A stretch of DNA of 64,000 nucleotides from Heterodontus francisci (GCF_036365525.1 NC_090378.1:123241593-123305592), one strand, 5' to 3'; shown: positions 48,201 through 61,724, numbered from the stretch's first letter. Translations and numbers: made by a program. Notes: generated by a model from the sequence alone, not told the origin.

Positions 48201-50125
48201 TGGGTGGTAGTTGTCTGGGCTGGCTGGCTGGCAGCAAGGACACTGGCGAAGTGACAGTAGTGGGAGGATGAATGCTGTCAGCCTGAGAGAGGACAACAAG
48301 TTTGTTCTCCATGAGGCCACTGCCACTCCCCTGGGGTGGTGCCTCAGCAATCTCTGTAATGTGTTGCAGGACAGATTGTTGGGCTGCTGTGACACCATGC
48401 AAGCACCGTTCAACACTAGTATCCCCAGCCATGATAGAATCAGTCTGCTCGTGTGTGACAGCAAGCTGACGTTGCATAACTTGACTCCGATCTTCCACTG
48501 CAGCACCCAGAGGTTGGGAGGCTGCAACTTGTGCTGCAATAGAAACTGAGATATCGACAATCAGATGCCACAAGGGTCATGGTTTGGTCCACAAACGTGC
48601 CAATGAAGTTGGCTACCACTTCCACACTGGAAAGCATGGGCTCCAAACTCTGTGCAAAGCCCTGTGCCAAGTTGGTTCTGGGCTCCTCCATGATCCTTGA
48701 CATGGACAGTAGGATTTCTGTCAAGCCTGCTAATACACCAAGTATTTCAGTATCTATCAGTGTTCTTCTGTAGGCCACACCATAGAAGTCCTCATCTGAA
48801 TACTCTGCAGCAGAACACATGTGCAGCCATGCCCTCCAGCAAGTTGACACCTGTGCTACCCTTGTCCACTGCTTTTCTGCAAGCCACTCATGCCCAGCAT
48901 CTCACCACATGCAAACCCACCTCTCAGCTATTCTCTAAAGTACATGTAGTGTTAATATCTGAGCTGACAGCTGCAAGTGAGATCGCAAGATGCCGTTTCT
49001 CTTCACCACTATCTTCCTCCTCTTCCATTTCTTGCTCTTTCACCACTACCTGATCAGGTTGCAGTCCGTGAGTATCTGAAAGGAGAAAGGCACAAGGGTC
49101 ATGTTGTGGTGAGTGCAGGGGGAAAGCAAGAGGTGCATGTTTACAGCATCTGTACTTTGTAAATCTGAAGGGATTGTGGGATGAGGAGGAAGTGGGACGT
49201 GAGAAGGAGGATTCGGTATGAGCATGCCGTCACCTTCCATGGTTTCAGCCCCACCTCTGGCCTCAGTCGTGGCTGCTCCAATGACGGTGAGCACTGGCTC
49301 CTCCATGGGGGTAAGGCAATTCTGCTGGATCTGTTCCCCACCGGTTAGCTGCAGCTACTTTCGGTTATCCTCCATCTTGTTCTGCAAGGGAGAGGCAAAT
49401 GTGTCAGAGAGTGTGTTCCAATGTGTTTGGGTGATGTGGTTGTTATGGTTGAATAGCTGGCAGTGAATGCAAGCAATGAGATGTGGGTATGAGGTTTGCA
49501 GTAGTGCTAAGTGTGTGAGGGTGAGGTGAAACTATGCATATTAGATATGAGTCATGATTGATAGTGACTGTTGGTAGCTAGGTGATGGGGTGGGGTACAC
49601 ACAGCAGTGTATGAAGCTAATGGTGCAGTTGGTAGGAGATAACATTTGAAGATATATTCCCTGACCTTGACCACTTGTGTGAGGTCATTGAATTCTTGCG
49701 GCACTGCATCCAGGTTGTCAGGGCTGGATTCCTGGCATTAACCACAATAGCTACCCGGTCCCAGTGCCTTCTCATCATTGGTCTGGAGTGTCACCTGACC
49801 CCCTATGGATAGATAACACCTCTCCTCCTCTCCACCTCCTGCACCTAGGCCTCCAGCGCAGCATCAGAAAATCTTGCACCCTGCTCTATGTCATATTGTA
49901 CCATTCTTGTGTCTTTTCCACTTCAAAATCACTTTTAGAAAGACTTTCAGCTCCTGCTCCAGCCAACACATGCCTCCCCTTTAAGAGGTGTAGCCAGGCT
50001 TTAAGTAGTGCAGATAGTTTTAACTCATCCTCGCCGCTCATGTTTCTGTCCTCTGCTCAGGTGTGCAGCCACTCAACAGTACAGTTAGCATTGGCTGCAA
50101 GCTACAATCATTTCAATTATCAAGC
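48200..50125 (-). mobile_element. Harbinger second gene (Myb/SANT-like DNA-binding protein), decayed, multi-exon
   Basis: ATG near 49903: ...ARFSDAALEA*VQEVERRR...RRHWDRVAIVVNAR...TWMQCRK.(F)NDL. Downstream exons run to ~48200; convergent with the transposase. Confidence 0.8.
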
Positions 50126-50580
50126 AGCCTTTTTGATTATTTTCTGCTCTTGCTCGTGGCATTTTAAAGATCTATGCACCTGAACCCCCAAGTCTCTTTG
50201 GACATCCACTGTACTTAACCTCTTCCCATTTAGAAAGTACCCTGCTCTATCATTATTTGGTCCAAAATGGATAACCTCACACTTGCCCACATTGAAATCC
50301 ATCTGTCACAGTTTTGCCCATTCACCTAGTCTGTCAATATCTCCTTGCAATTTTATGCTATCATCTAGACTGTCTACAATGTCACCTAACTGTGTATCAT
50401 CAGCAAATTTGGATATAATACTTAAGATGCCATCATCCAAGTCGTTAATGAATAATGTGAATAATTTGAGGCCCCAACACAGATCGCTGTGGGACACCAC
50501 TAGTCACATCCTACCAATCAGAGTGCTTACCCATTATCCCCACTCTCTGTCGCCTACCACTCAACCAACTTCCTCACCAT
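50125..50580 (-). mobile_element. CR1 RT fragment
   Basis: LFTLFINDLDDGI...ISKFADDT..LQGDIDRLGEWA, MDFNVGKCEVIHFG. Confidence 0.85.
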
Positions 50581-50599
50581 CAGACATGAATCTTATTTA

Positions 50600-51050
50600 A
50601 TAAGGCCATAAAAAAGAAAAAAAAAACACGTGTTCATATCTAAAAGGACAGAATTGAGAAGCAGTGACATTAAGTTCAACTTGTATAGAGCCTTGGTGAG
50701 AGCACACTTGGAGTACTGTGAATAGTTATGACCTTCACATAAAGAAAAAGATATTGACGTACTAGAAAAGGTATAAAAAAGATTTGGAAGGATGTTACTG
50801 GCTCTGGGTGGTTATTCCTATCAGGAAACATTGAACAGGCTGGAGCTATTTTCTCAGGAAAAGAGAAGGCTTTGGGTAACCTGAGAGAGGCCTTTCAGGT
50901 AATGAAATATAATAGGGTAAATGTAGAGAAGATATTTCCCCTTGCAGGGAGAACAGAACTAGAGGACAAAATGTATAAGATCACCACTAATAAATTCAAT
51001 AGGGAATTCAGGAGAAAATTCTAGACTCCGAGATGGTTAGAATGTGGAAC
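50600..51050 (+). mobile_element. Old CR1 3' fragment
   Basis: LYRALVR.HLEYC, EKRRL, VRMWN motifs, degenerate. Confidence 0.7.
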
Positions 51051-51735
51051 TCAACAACAACAACAACAATAGCGCCTTTAATGTAATAAAACATCCCAAG
51101 GTACTTCACAGGAACATTATAAAACAAAATATGACATCGAGCCACAAAGGTGATCTGAGGTCAGATGAGCAAAAGTTTTAAGGAGCGTCACAAAGGAGGA
51201 AAGCAAGGTAGAGGGGCAGAGACAAGTAGGGAGGGAATTCCAGAGATTGCAGCTGAGGCAACTGAAGGTATGGCCACCAATGGTGGAGCCATTAAAATCG
51301 GGGATACAGAAGAGGCCAGAATTAGAGGAATGCAGGGATCTTGGAGGGTTACGGAGTTGGAGGGGATTGCAGAGATATGGAGGGGCAGGGCCATGCAGGG
51401 ATTTGAAAACAAGGATGAGATTTTAAAAATTGAGACGTTGCTTGACCAGGAGCCAATGTAGATCAGCGAGCAAAAGGGGGATGGGGGACAACACTTGGTG
51501 CATGTTAAGACATGGGCAGAAGAGTTGTGGATCACCTCAAGTTTACAAAGAGGAGACTATGAGACAGCAGCCAGGAGTGCTTTGGAATAGTCACACCCAG
51601 AGGTAACGAAGACATGAATGAGGTTTCAGCAGCAGATGAGCTGAGACAGGGGCGAAGGTGTTATGGAAATAGAAATAGCTGGTCTTAGTGATAGCAGGAA
51701 TATGAGGTCAGAAGCTCATTTCGGGGTCAAATGTG
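51050..51735 (-). mobile_element. L2-type LINE 3' fragment with (TTG)n tail
   Basis: Minus strand ...FKILILVFKSLHGPAPPYL...RSL.SS...LWNSLP; (caa)n at 51052-51069. Confidence 0.75.
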
Positions 51736-51739
51736 GCAA

Positions 51740-52155
51740 GCAGGCTGGTTTGCAAGGGGATTGGAGTACAGGAATAATGAAGTCTTAGTAAAATTGTACA
51801 GGGCTTTGATGAGACCACACCTGGAATACTGTGTGTAGTTTTCACATTTAAAAAAGAATATACTTGCACTGGAGGCGATGCAGTGAAGATTTACCAAATT
51901 GGTCCCTGGAATGAGGGGGTTGTCCTATAATGAGGGGGTGAATAAATTGGGCCTATATTCTATGGAGTTTAGAAGAATCAGAGGCGATCTAATTGAGACA
52001 TACAAGATTCTGAAAGGGCTTGAAAGAGTAGAAGCTGAGATTCTTTCCGTTGGTCGGGAAATCTAGAAAGCAGGGTCAGTCACAGGATAAAGGGCCGATC
52101 ATTCAGGACTGAGATGAGGAGAAATTACTACACTCAAAGGGTTATGAATCTTTGG
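51740..52155 (+). mobile_element. CR1 3' fragment
   Basis: LYRALMRPHLEYCV, LYS.EFRRIRGDLIETYKILKG, MRRNYYTQRVMNLW. Confidence 0.85.
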
Positions 52156-52716
52156 AAAGGTCACAGACCTGAAATGTTAATTCTGTTTCTCTCTCCACAG
52201 ATGTTGCCTGACCTGCTGAGCATTTCCAGCATTTTCTGTTTTTATTTCAGATTTCCAGCACCTGCAGTATTTTGCTATTCTGATTTTTTTAAGTGTTCTG
52301 CTTCCACGTTCCTAATAATAGATTCTAGTATTTTCCCATGATCTGACACTAGAACATCTTAATTTGGGGGAAATTCTGCTCAAAGAGTTTGTCCTACACT
52401 CCCATTTCTACATCTCTTGTCACAAATACTTTGAGTGACTGCAGTGCAGTGGATGCTTTATTAGGAACAAACAGCTACTCAGTCCAAATATGGCTGCCAA
52501 GGGCTGTGAATTTGCCTTTTCCTTCTAGTCCGGGCCTTAAATTCCCACCACCCACCTTAACTTGCCACATGCAGGTGGCAGTTCTAATGTAGGCGCAAGA
52601 ACCAGGGCATCATCACAACTGAAGTGTTATGTAACCTGTCCTCACATGAAAACCATGACAACACAGAAGCTGCAGGGCTGAATAAAACATAGCAAATTGA
52701 TACAAACTGTGTATAT

Positions 52717-55015
52717 GTGACTGCAACAGCAAAGAGGGAAGAGGTAAAGCCAAGTGCGTTAAAAACATCCAAATCTTTGAAAATCACCTATTTGAAAGAA
52801 ATCCGAAAGAAGCCAATCAAACAAAATCTGATTTCAATCAATGGGCTGTGGAATGAGTATAAAATGGACATCGAAGTAGATTTATTCACAGCTCTCCTTG
52901 AAGAGATCACTGAGAAAAGTGAAAAATCTCAGCAGAATATATCAAATACAATCCATCATGTAGACGCGGGGATCATTTCAACTGAAGACCATGAGCGACA
53001 GAGAGCCATGCAGACCACCTTAGAGCTACTGAAAGTTTACTGGCAGAAACTCAGTGTCAGTAACGGTGCATCTGGAAATATTATGGGGACTCTAATTGGA
53101 CGATTGATGCTGTGCTGTGCAGACAGTTCGCTACCTGTGTGACAGATGGCCCTGGTCTCTGTGTACACCATCCTGTCCATTCAGTTATAATATGAAGGTA
53201 CCGATCTGGATCAGTAACAGGAGCAGCTAGAGGATCTGAACACATTCAGAGAACAGTTAGACAACGATGACCTTTCAGTCCTCTTGCAAAAATGCCATCA
53301 GATCACAAAGGTAATTTCCAAGAATTTTCCCCATAACCAGCTGTGCAACTTGCTCCTCATGGTCTTTAAAGGACTGTCTGACCAACACCCCAGCTGTTCC
53401 TTTGCAGTCACTGTGCTCGTAAAAATCATCATTAAAGGTGAGGCAGTGATCCACGGGACCAAGTCTCAGAAATACTAGACATGCTGAGGGTTGAACTGGA
53501 GTCAGTTCCGTATGAAGATGTAAAACGTTCAGTTCTATGTAGTTTCACCATTTTGGCCTGGCACAATATACCAGCGGTTGTGTCCCATCTCCTCATCTTC
53601 CCAATCCCATCGGAGAAATTTGTCAGAGACGTGCGGACATCAGTGGCCGAAGACACAAAATGTGCAGTCACGACTATCAAGGAGCTGGTGTACACACTTG
53701 GGAAAAGCACCTGCCCCATCAGTGGGACAGAAAAACGTATTCAACCGCTGTATCACTGGCTGCCGTCTGAGTGAGATTATCACTAAGCCTGAGTTGGCAA
53801 AGGTGGTGAATACTTCATTGAGAACTGCTTAAAGCTCCACTGGTTTCAGGGTCGCAGCTCACAGACACCATGGTAAATGGTTTGATAAGGTATTTTCGGT
53901 ATGTCTCTCCTGTTACCCAGTAACTGTGTGTCTGGGTCCTGAGAAATATTAACTTTGGAGCTAAAAGTCAGTTGTGGAGCGTGATGGACACAATGATTAG
54001 CCTGTTGGGGAATGAGCAGAACTCGGAGTTGCTAACGCATGTGGTGCTGTCCTACCCGAGTAAGACATAATCCAGTCAATGGCAAACACCATCCAGCTCT
54101 TTGTGGATCCAGTCCTTACCAGAATTCAGCCACTCTTTGGGGCAGAGTCTGAGAAAGTGTGGGTGGAAGCAGTCAACATATTGGTGAACTTGACCAAGTG
54201 CGGAATTGGATGGTCCACGTCTTTCTTCTCCCAGCAGGTCCATTCCAACCTGGTGCACTTGTTGTTGCACTTGGATGGAAAGAGTGAGATCACCTGATCT
54301 TGCAATTTAACACTGTGGATGATCTTACCACTTATTGGATCTGCGAAGCATTCCTCTTTAATTGAAAGATATCTACAGGAACCCAACTGGAGTTACATGG
54401 ACTTCCTCAGACACATCTCATGCCAGTTGGTTCAAGATATCCCAACAGGGTGAATTCCTATGCCATGGATTGTGAATCATTTTTCAATGATGACCAGGAG
54501 CAGCACCGAGATCATGCAAAGTAGAGGTGTGCAAAGGAAACCTGACCCAAGTCTGAATGCTGGACCTGGAAGCTCGACCTGACCCGACCCGAACCCGACA
54601 CATGCCGTCGGGGTCAGGTCGGGGTCAGGTCGGGTCGCAGGCATTTACCCATGTACTGATGTAAAGGCCTGCCACGCAACCCGACCCCGACGGGTCCCGA
54701 CGACATATGCCCGGTTCGGGTTGGATGGGGTCGGACTTCCGGGTCTGGAATTTGGACTCACGTCGGGTTTCCTTTGCACACCTCTAACGTAAAGACTTTT
54801 TCAACTTTCCTCCTGAGGCAGCCAGCATGTTACCGCCTCAGCCGGTGGGTCACCTGGTGGAAGAACTGCTGCTGTCAAGTACCAGAATAAAGCCTAAAGA
54901 GATCCAGGCCCCGATCCTCCTCCACTTCTTCTTACCATCAAACTGATCCTCCTCTCAACATGATTTGTACATTTGTAAATTATTGTAAATAAATAAATAT
55001 TTTGTTGCAATAAAT
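52717..55015 (+). pseudogene. MROH1: Intronless MROH1-like (maestro HEAT-repeat) pseudogene, copy 1
   Basis: Resembles the MROH1 C-terminal half: GRL...CADS, SV..IL..QL.YEG, L...CH....I.K..P..QL..LL...F.GL.D, RI.P.F..E, F..QV...L..LLLHL, FL. Continuous with no introns; multiple stops and frameshifts; AATAAA cluster ~54988-55015. Confidence 0.8.
54522..54786. mobile_element. hAT-type MITE (265 bp)
   Basis: 21-bp perfect TIR TAGAGGTGTGCAAAGGAAACC; 8-bp TSD ATGCAAAG / ACGTAAAG; internal CCCGA/TCGGG repeats. Confidence 0.85.
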
Positions 55016-56139
55016 ATTCTGTTGTGCCATTGTAATTATTGGTGGATCTTCATACAGTGCAGTTTCTCCTGATGAACACACACTCACTCACACACAGACA
55101 CCAGACATTGCAACTCACATCATTTTATCGTGAGTGACACCCTCACTCACGATCTTACAAACGGGCTCTAAAAATCAGCCGTTTTGACAGACATTGAAAT
55201 ACCGGGCTTTTCTAGTCTGCTGCGTTCTGTCCTGCCCCCAAAGGATCATGTGACCAGAAAGGCTTCAGTATCGGTGTGAAGCCTCCTGCAGATACATGGG
55301 GAACAGGCCACAGACTTGTCAGTACTAAATGCAAGACAAAGATTGCAGTTGATAGTTTGACTGTGGCCGTGTGAGTGACTGGGAGTCAGAGAGAGGCAGC
55401 GGGCTGGGATTTGGTGCTTTGTGAACAGGGATCTACTGGATCCCGAGTGTTTAAACACAACATTGGTGTCGAATCTCTTTCGGAGGAATCAGTTTGCAGC
55501 TTTCTCTAGAGCATGAGACTCAATGACCAGATGACAATCTAATTAGGTTTGATATAAAAACTGAAAATGAAAGAGGACAATCTGTGATAAATGTTCGTTA
55601 CTGGGGCCAATTTCAATCAGTTAAAAAGAGAAGCAGCCCAGATCGATTGGAAAGAAAAGATGGCAAATAAGACAGTGCAGAAATCAGGGGAAATGATTAA
55701 ACTGGAGATGATTGGAGAACAAACTTCACAGAACAACATTTACAACTGATAAGAGAGACTGAGCAATAACACAGAGAGAAATATATTGATAAACAACATA
55801 CAGACAGGTAAAATCAAACACTTAGAAACAAAAAAAACACATATACAAAAAGTATTTACAAATAACACACAGATGTAAGTACATTGATAATAATACACTT
55901 ATTTTTGTTTATCCGGACTATTTTGATTGGTCAGTTAAAGGGGGGCTTCTGTTGCTGGGTGATGCCTGTCGCACACAGAGGCACATGGGACACGCGGAGG
56001 ATTGGAGTACGTGATGTACGTAGGTTGTCAACGGTTGGTGGCTGCAGCAATGGCAGGCTGTGGTTTGGGGAGAACAAAAACATTGGAAGGTAAGGGGAGC
56101 ACAACAAAGTTACCCTGACTGGAGAGATTGTTTCCATAA

Positions 56140-56300
56140 AGGATGGGATGGGATGGGATTGATGGGAATGGCATGAGAGGGATGGAAGGAATGGGATGGC
56201 ATGAGAGGGAAGGCATGGGAAGGATGTAATGGCATGGGATTGGTATGGCATGAGATGGAGGGAATGGCATGGGGTGTGGTTGAGATGGTGGAATTGATTA
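56140..56300. repeat. Degenerate (GGGAT/GGCAT/GGAAT)n pentamer repeat
   Basis: Direct inspection. Confidence 0.8.
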
Positions 56301-56399
56301 AGAATAGCAAAATGGAAGGGAATTATTATTATTATTCGAAAGCTATTCTCGTGCTAAAAATGAAGCTTCACTAGATTTGAATAAAAGAGTTTTGGAAAA

Positions 56400-57150
56400 G
56401 CTGCCATGATGGGGAAGCCATGTTGGATCATCCACGCAGCTCTTCTGGTTGAAGATGGTTACAATTGCTTCAGTTATCTTCAGCCTTGTCTTTTGCACTC
56501 TCATGTAGGCTCTGCCATCATTCAGGATACGAATGTTCTCGGAGTCTCCTCCTCCTGTTGTTTAATTGTCAACCACTATTCACGGCTGAATTCATTGATT
56601 GTGAATTCCTTTGCTGTCTAAAGCATGCTGCTCCCACTGTTCAGTCCTGTGTTGCAGCTTCACAAGTTACAACTCATTTTCAGGTACACCTGGTGTTCCT
56701 CCTAGCATATTCTTCTATACTCCTCATTGAACCAGGTTTGGTCTCCTGGCTTGATGGTAAAGGCAAAGTGAGGGATATGCTGGGCCATGAGGTTACAGAT
56801 TGTGCTGTTGGCCCTGAGCACTTCATGGATGCCCAGTTTTGAGCTGCTAGATCTGTTCTGATTATATCCCATTGAGCACATTGATAGCACTACATAACAC
56901 AATGGAGGATATCGTCAATTAAAGGGTGGGACTTTGACTCCACAAGGACTGTGTGCTGGTCACTCCTCCTAATGCTGTTATGGACACATGCAACTACGAC
57001 AGGTAGACTGATGATGACAAGGTCAAGTAGGCTTTTGCTTCACGGTGTTCTCATCACCTGGAAAAGCTCAGGCTTGCAATCATATCCTTTAGAACTTAGC
57101 CAGCAATGCTGCTACCAAGCCACTCTTTGTCATGGACATTGGTACTTTCC
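56400..57150 (-). mobile_element. Heavily decayed CR1-group LINE fragment (endonuclease/linker)
   Basis: TICNLMAQHIPH...TIKPGDQ.WFNEE.RR, and SDQHTVLVE-like motifs on the minus strand. Confidence 0.6.
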
Positions 57151-57679
57151 TCTGATTAAGCTGGGAGGATTCAGTCTCCAAAAGAAGTGGTGTTATGGGA
57201 TATTTAACACGGACCCCTCTGTTCCATCTCAAAGATGTAAGTTAATGTTGTTACCAGCACTTGCTTCTAAAAATTAGGCCTGTTGCCCAATGTTATTTGC
57301 CCCACTTCTTCACTGCTGTCTCCTCCTACTAAGGACCACCTGAACTTCGGGCCTTAAAGCTCCTAGCTCTACAATCCAAGAAACTGCATTCATGAAAATC
57401 AGTTTCAGGATGCTTAAAATGATAGTTTTTGTATCTTCACACTTTTCCTTTTGAAGTAGTGCGTGGTAGGTTAATGCTTTACAGGCCGATTTATCATCCA
57501 CTAGGCTGCAACAGGAACACGTTTTATGACTGTAACCATCTTTACACCAGTTAGTTGGGTGGTAAATCCAATATGGCAGGAGGGTTAGGCACACCCATCT
57601 GACATGAAAAACCCTCTGGATAATCAACCCAGAGCCTGAGCTCTGATCTCTATTCATGCAAACAGTCCACAGGACTGAG

Positions 57680-58256
57680 ACAAGTGAGGGTTGAAATCGT
57701 GCAGGCACTGGCCATAGTTTTTCAGTCTTCCTTAGACTCGGGCGTGGTGCCAGAGGACTGGAGAATTGCAAACGTTTCACACCCTCGTTCAAAAAGGGGT
57801 GCAAAGATAAGCCCGTCAACTATAGGCCAGTCAGTTTCACTGAGTTTTTTTGAGGAGGAAACAGAAAGGGTTGATGAGGGCAATGCAGTTGATGTGGTGT
57901 ACCTGGACTTTCAAAAGGAGTTTGAGACAGTACCACACAACAGACTTGTGAGCAAAGTTAAAGCTTATGGATTAAAAGGGACAGTAGCAACACCAATACG
58001 GAATTGGTTGAGTGACAGGAAACAGAGTCGTGATTAATGGATGCTTTATCGGCTAGAAGAAGGTTTGAAGTGTTGGGACCTGGACCTTTATGTACAGGGC
58101 AAAAATTCAAAGTCTGCAGACAATATGAAACTATGAAGCATTGTGAAGTGTGAGGAGGATAGTGTAGAACTTCAAAAGGACACAGACAAGTTGGTGGAAT
58201 GCGCGGACAGGTGGCAGATGAAGTTCAAAGCAGAGAAATGTGACGTGATTCATTTT
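57680..58256 (+). mobile_element. Old internally deleted CR1 RT fragment (continues at 59659-59805)
   Basis: IVFQSSLDSGVVPEDWRIANV, VDEGNAVDVVYLDFQK.F, WQMKF..EKC.VIHF. Confidence 0.8.
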
Positions 58257-59660
58257 TAGAATTAGTATTAGAACATTACAGCGCAGTACAGGCCCTTCGG
58301 CCCTCGATGTTGCACCGACCTGTGAAACCATCTGACCTACACTATTCCATTTTCATCCATATGTCTATCCAATGACCACTTAAATGCCCTTAAAGTTGGC
58401 GAGTCTACTACTGTTGCAAGCAGGGCGTTCCACGCCCCTACTACTCTCTGAGTAAAGAAACTACCTCTGACATCTGTCCTATATCTATCACCCCTCAACT
58501 TAAAGCTATGTCCCCTCGTGTTTGCCAACACCATCCGAGGAAAAAGACTCTCACTATCCACCCTATCTAACCCTCTGATTATCTTATATGTCTCTATTAA
58601 GTCACCTCTCCTCCTCCTTCTCTCCAACGAAAACAACCTCAAGTCCCTCAGCCTTTCCTCGTAAGACCTTCCCTCCATACCAGGCAACATCCTAGTAAAT
58701 CTCCTCTGCACCCTTTCCAAAGCTTCCACATCCTTCCTATAATGCGGTGACCAGAACTGCACGCAATACTCCAGGTGCGGTCTCACCAGAGTTTTGTACA
58801 GCTGCAGCATGACCTCGTGGCTCCGAAACTCGATCCCCCTACTAATAAAAGCTAACACACCATATGCCTTCTTAACAGCCCTATTAACCCGGGTAGCAAC
58901 TTTCAGGGATTTATGTACCTGGACACCAAGATCTCTCTGTTCATCTACACTACCAAGAATCTTCCCATTAGTCCAGTATTCTGCATTCCTGTTACTCCTT
59001 CCAAAGTGAATCACCTCACACTTTTCCGCATTAAACTCCATTTGCCATCTCTCAGCCCAGCTCTGCAGCCTATCTATGTCCCTCTGTACCCTACAACATC
59101 CTTCGGCACTATCCACAACTCCACCGACCTTCGTGTCATCCGCAAATTTACTAACCCACCCTTCGACACCCTCTTCCAGGTCATTTATAAAAATGACAAA
59201 CAGCAGTGGCCCCAAAACAGATCCTTGCGGTACACCACTAGTAACTAAACTCCAGGATGAACATTTGCCATCAACAACCACCCTCTGTCTTCTTTCAGCT
59301 AGCCAATTTCTGATCCAAAGCTCTAAATCACCTTCAACCCCATACTTCCGTATTTTCTGCAATAGCCTACCGTGGGGAACCTTATCAAACGCCTTACTGA
59401 AATCCATATACACCACATCCACTGCTTTACCCTCATCCACCTGTTTGGTCACCTTCTCGAAAAACTCAATAAGGTTTGTGAGGCACGACCTACCCTTCAC
59501 AAAACCGTGCTGACTATCGCTAATGAACTTATTCTTTTCAAGATGATTATAAATCCTGTCTCTTATAACCTTTTCCAACATTTTACCCACAACCGAAGTA
59601 AGGCTCACAGGTCTATAATTACCAGGGCTGTCTCTACTCCCCTTCTTGAACAAGGGGACA
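58257..59660 (-). mobile_element. Young 5'-truncated CR1 LINE with uninterrupted RT reading frame
   Basis: ~440 aa open from NVPLFKKG through NYRPVSLTS, GVPQGSVLGP, SKFADDTK to FKWSLDRHM. 3' UTR gggccgaagggcctgtactg and (TTCTAA)-type tail; flanked by CATTTT repeats. Confidence 0.96.
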
Positions 59661-60299
59661 TTTTGGTAGGAAGAGCATGCCTCTTCCAGCAAGTTAAATA
59701 ACTGTGGAGTGGTCTCAAAGCATCTAGTCATGATGGACCAGGTTTGGGGTAGGCTTGATGGACCAGCTGGTCCTTTCCTGTCCGTCAATTTTGTATGTTC
59801 ATATGTACTCCAGAAGTGATGTGCTTTGAGATCTTTCACTGACATGATAAGCAACCAGATACATCTTATGTAAAGGTGAAGGAGGTTTATGGTGGACTAT
59901 CTGGCACTCAATGTCAGTTTTATTGGTGTCTTGGAGATCCTTGTGTAGCATCACCTTCTGTATGAAGTAGCTTCAGTGATGTCACCCCCTCACTTCCTGG
60001 AATGGCTCTACGGTAAAGATCAGGATGTCGTGAGTTCACTCTGACCTTCCAGCTACTAGACTCCAGGAATTCATGCTGCAAGCGGGGCAATCTGCATCCA
60101 CAGTCAGCAGGGTGGCCTCCAGATCAATCTGGAGTTTAGGCCACCCGTCTCCTCCAACTTTGACCATGCAACTGACTCCTTGGGCTGGATTTTATTTCTA
60201 CAATGGAAGTCTGGGCAACAGGTCAGAAAGTGGGAGGGACAATCCTGCCTCGGCCCTTTATCAGACCCCCATCCGAATTCAACTGGGCAGTTAATTAAC

Positions 60300-60853
60300 C
60301 TGCTGGCCAACTTGGAGTTTTGAATTGTGCTCACAGGACAGTTTGGCCAAACTGCTGCCTGGCTCTCTCTCTCACTTTCTCACAAGTCTCCGGACCCGCT
60401 GAAGTTGCTAAAACTTCAAGAGTGGAAAACCTCAGACACTGAAACAAGTTAAAGCGTGCGCTGGGCCCCAACGAACAGCAAGACTTACCGACAACCAGAG
60501 ACTCAACATCAAACTCAAAGGACTGTAACTACAATCCATCTGTTGCCTCAAACTTTTCCCTTTATTCTTTCTACCTTTCCTCTCTCTATCTGCATGTGTG
60601 TTTATCGTGTGGTCACATTGCATGTTCGTAGTCGTTAATTGGATTAGAGTTTAAGATAAATAAACTTCCACCTTGTTTAAATCTAATACAATCTGTCTAA
60701 TTAATTTGTTTGTCTTACAATTGGAAAACAGTGAACAAGGATTCGCTCAGGGGGAACAAAAATCACGGTGTTTTTAAAATTAAACCCTGTTATGGTTACA
60801 CCAGGCAAAGGCTGAGAGGGAACCCCAAGATCCCTATCTCACTTGGTCGGAAC
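60300..60853 (+). mobile_element. LTR 3' portion
   Basis: AATAAA at ~60659; ends CTTGGTCGGAACA, the reverse complement of the terminus of the LTR at 4049 (TGTTCCGACCAAG). Confidence 0.65.
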
Positions 60854-61254
60854 AATACAGAGGAACAAAGGTCGGCCTTTTCAGCTGACAAGGCCGCTTT
60901 GTTATTTTGTTGGCCTGGCAACATCTACATATTTAAACCCAATTTCGTTACCCGTGCTCCAGATGTCTCAATTCATTCTGCATCTGTCGCCTTCTGCATT
61001 CCACATTTTCACAGCCCTGTGTCTGAATTTATTTGTTTTCAATTTTAACCCTCAAAAGAGTAAGCCACTTTATGCATTGTGTGGTGCTCGAGCCAGCTGC
61101 ACCAGTTCATTAATGCTGACAGAAGACTTTCACTCCATCATTCTGGGCTGGATTCTAACCCAGGTCCCAAAGGTGAGAGGACAGTATTCTACCCAGTACC
61201 GTGCAGCCCCGGCATAAATCATTTCACAGCAAGTTGTTATGTCGGTGGATACTT

Positions 61255-61615
61255 TACCTTGCTAGTATCAAGAGTGGACTGGGCTTTCTCCAACACTCAC
61301 TCCCTTCATCACTGGTGCACAGCGGCAGCAGTGTGCACCATCTACAGGATGCACTGCAGCAACTCATCAACTCTCCTTTGACAGGACCTACCACCTAGGG
61401 GGACAGGGGCAGCAGACCCATGGGAACACCACCACTGTGGGTTTCCCTTCAAGTCACACACCATCTTGATTTGGAAATATACCACAGTTCCTTCACTGTC
61501 GCTGGTCAAAAATTTGGAAACACCTGCCTGGCAATGCTGTGGGTCTGCCTGCACCACATGGACTGTGGCGGATCAGGAAGGTGGCTCACTACCAACTTTT
61601 TAAGGGCAATTAGAC
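61255..61615 (+). mobile_element. CR1-group LINE 3' fragment (same family as 28575-31342)
   Basis: cactccctt catcactgg..gcagtgtgcaccatctacaggatgcactgcagcaactc..catgggaacaccacc..aagggcaatta. Confidence 0.8.
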
Positions 61616-61724
61616 TACACTGCTTGCTACAACCTCAAAAAATTCCATGAGATTCGTCAATTAAGATTTGCCTTTCATAAATCCATGTTGACTCGGTCAA
61701 AACACATTATGATTCTTTAAGTAA

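Noticed and set aside
58337-59854. 505-aa ORF as a complete gene
   Set aside because: The first ~63 residues are antisense read-through of the older flanking CR1; the rest is a 5'-truncated LINE ORF2.
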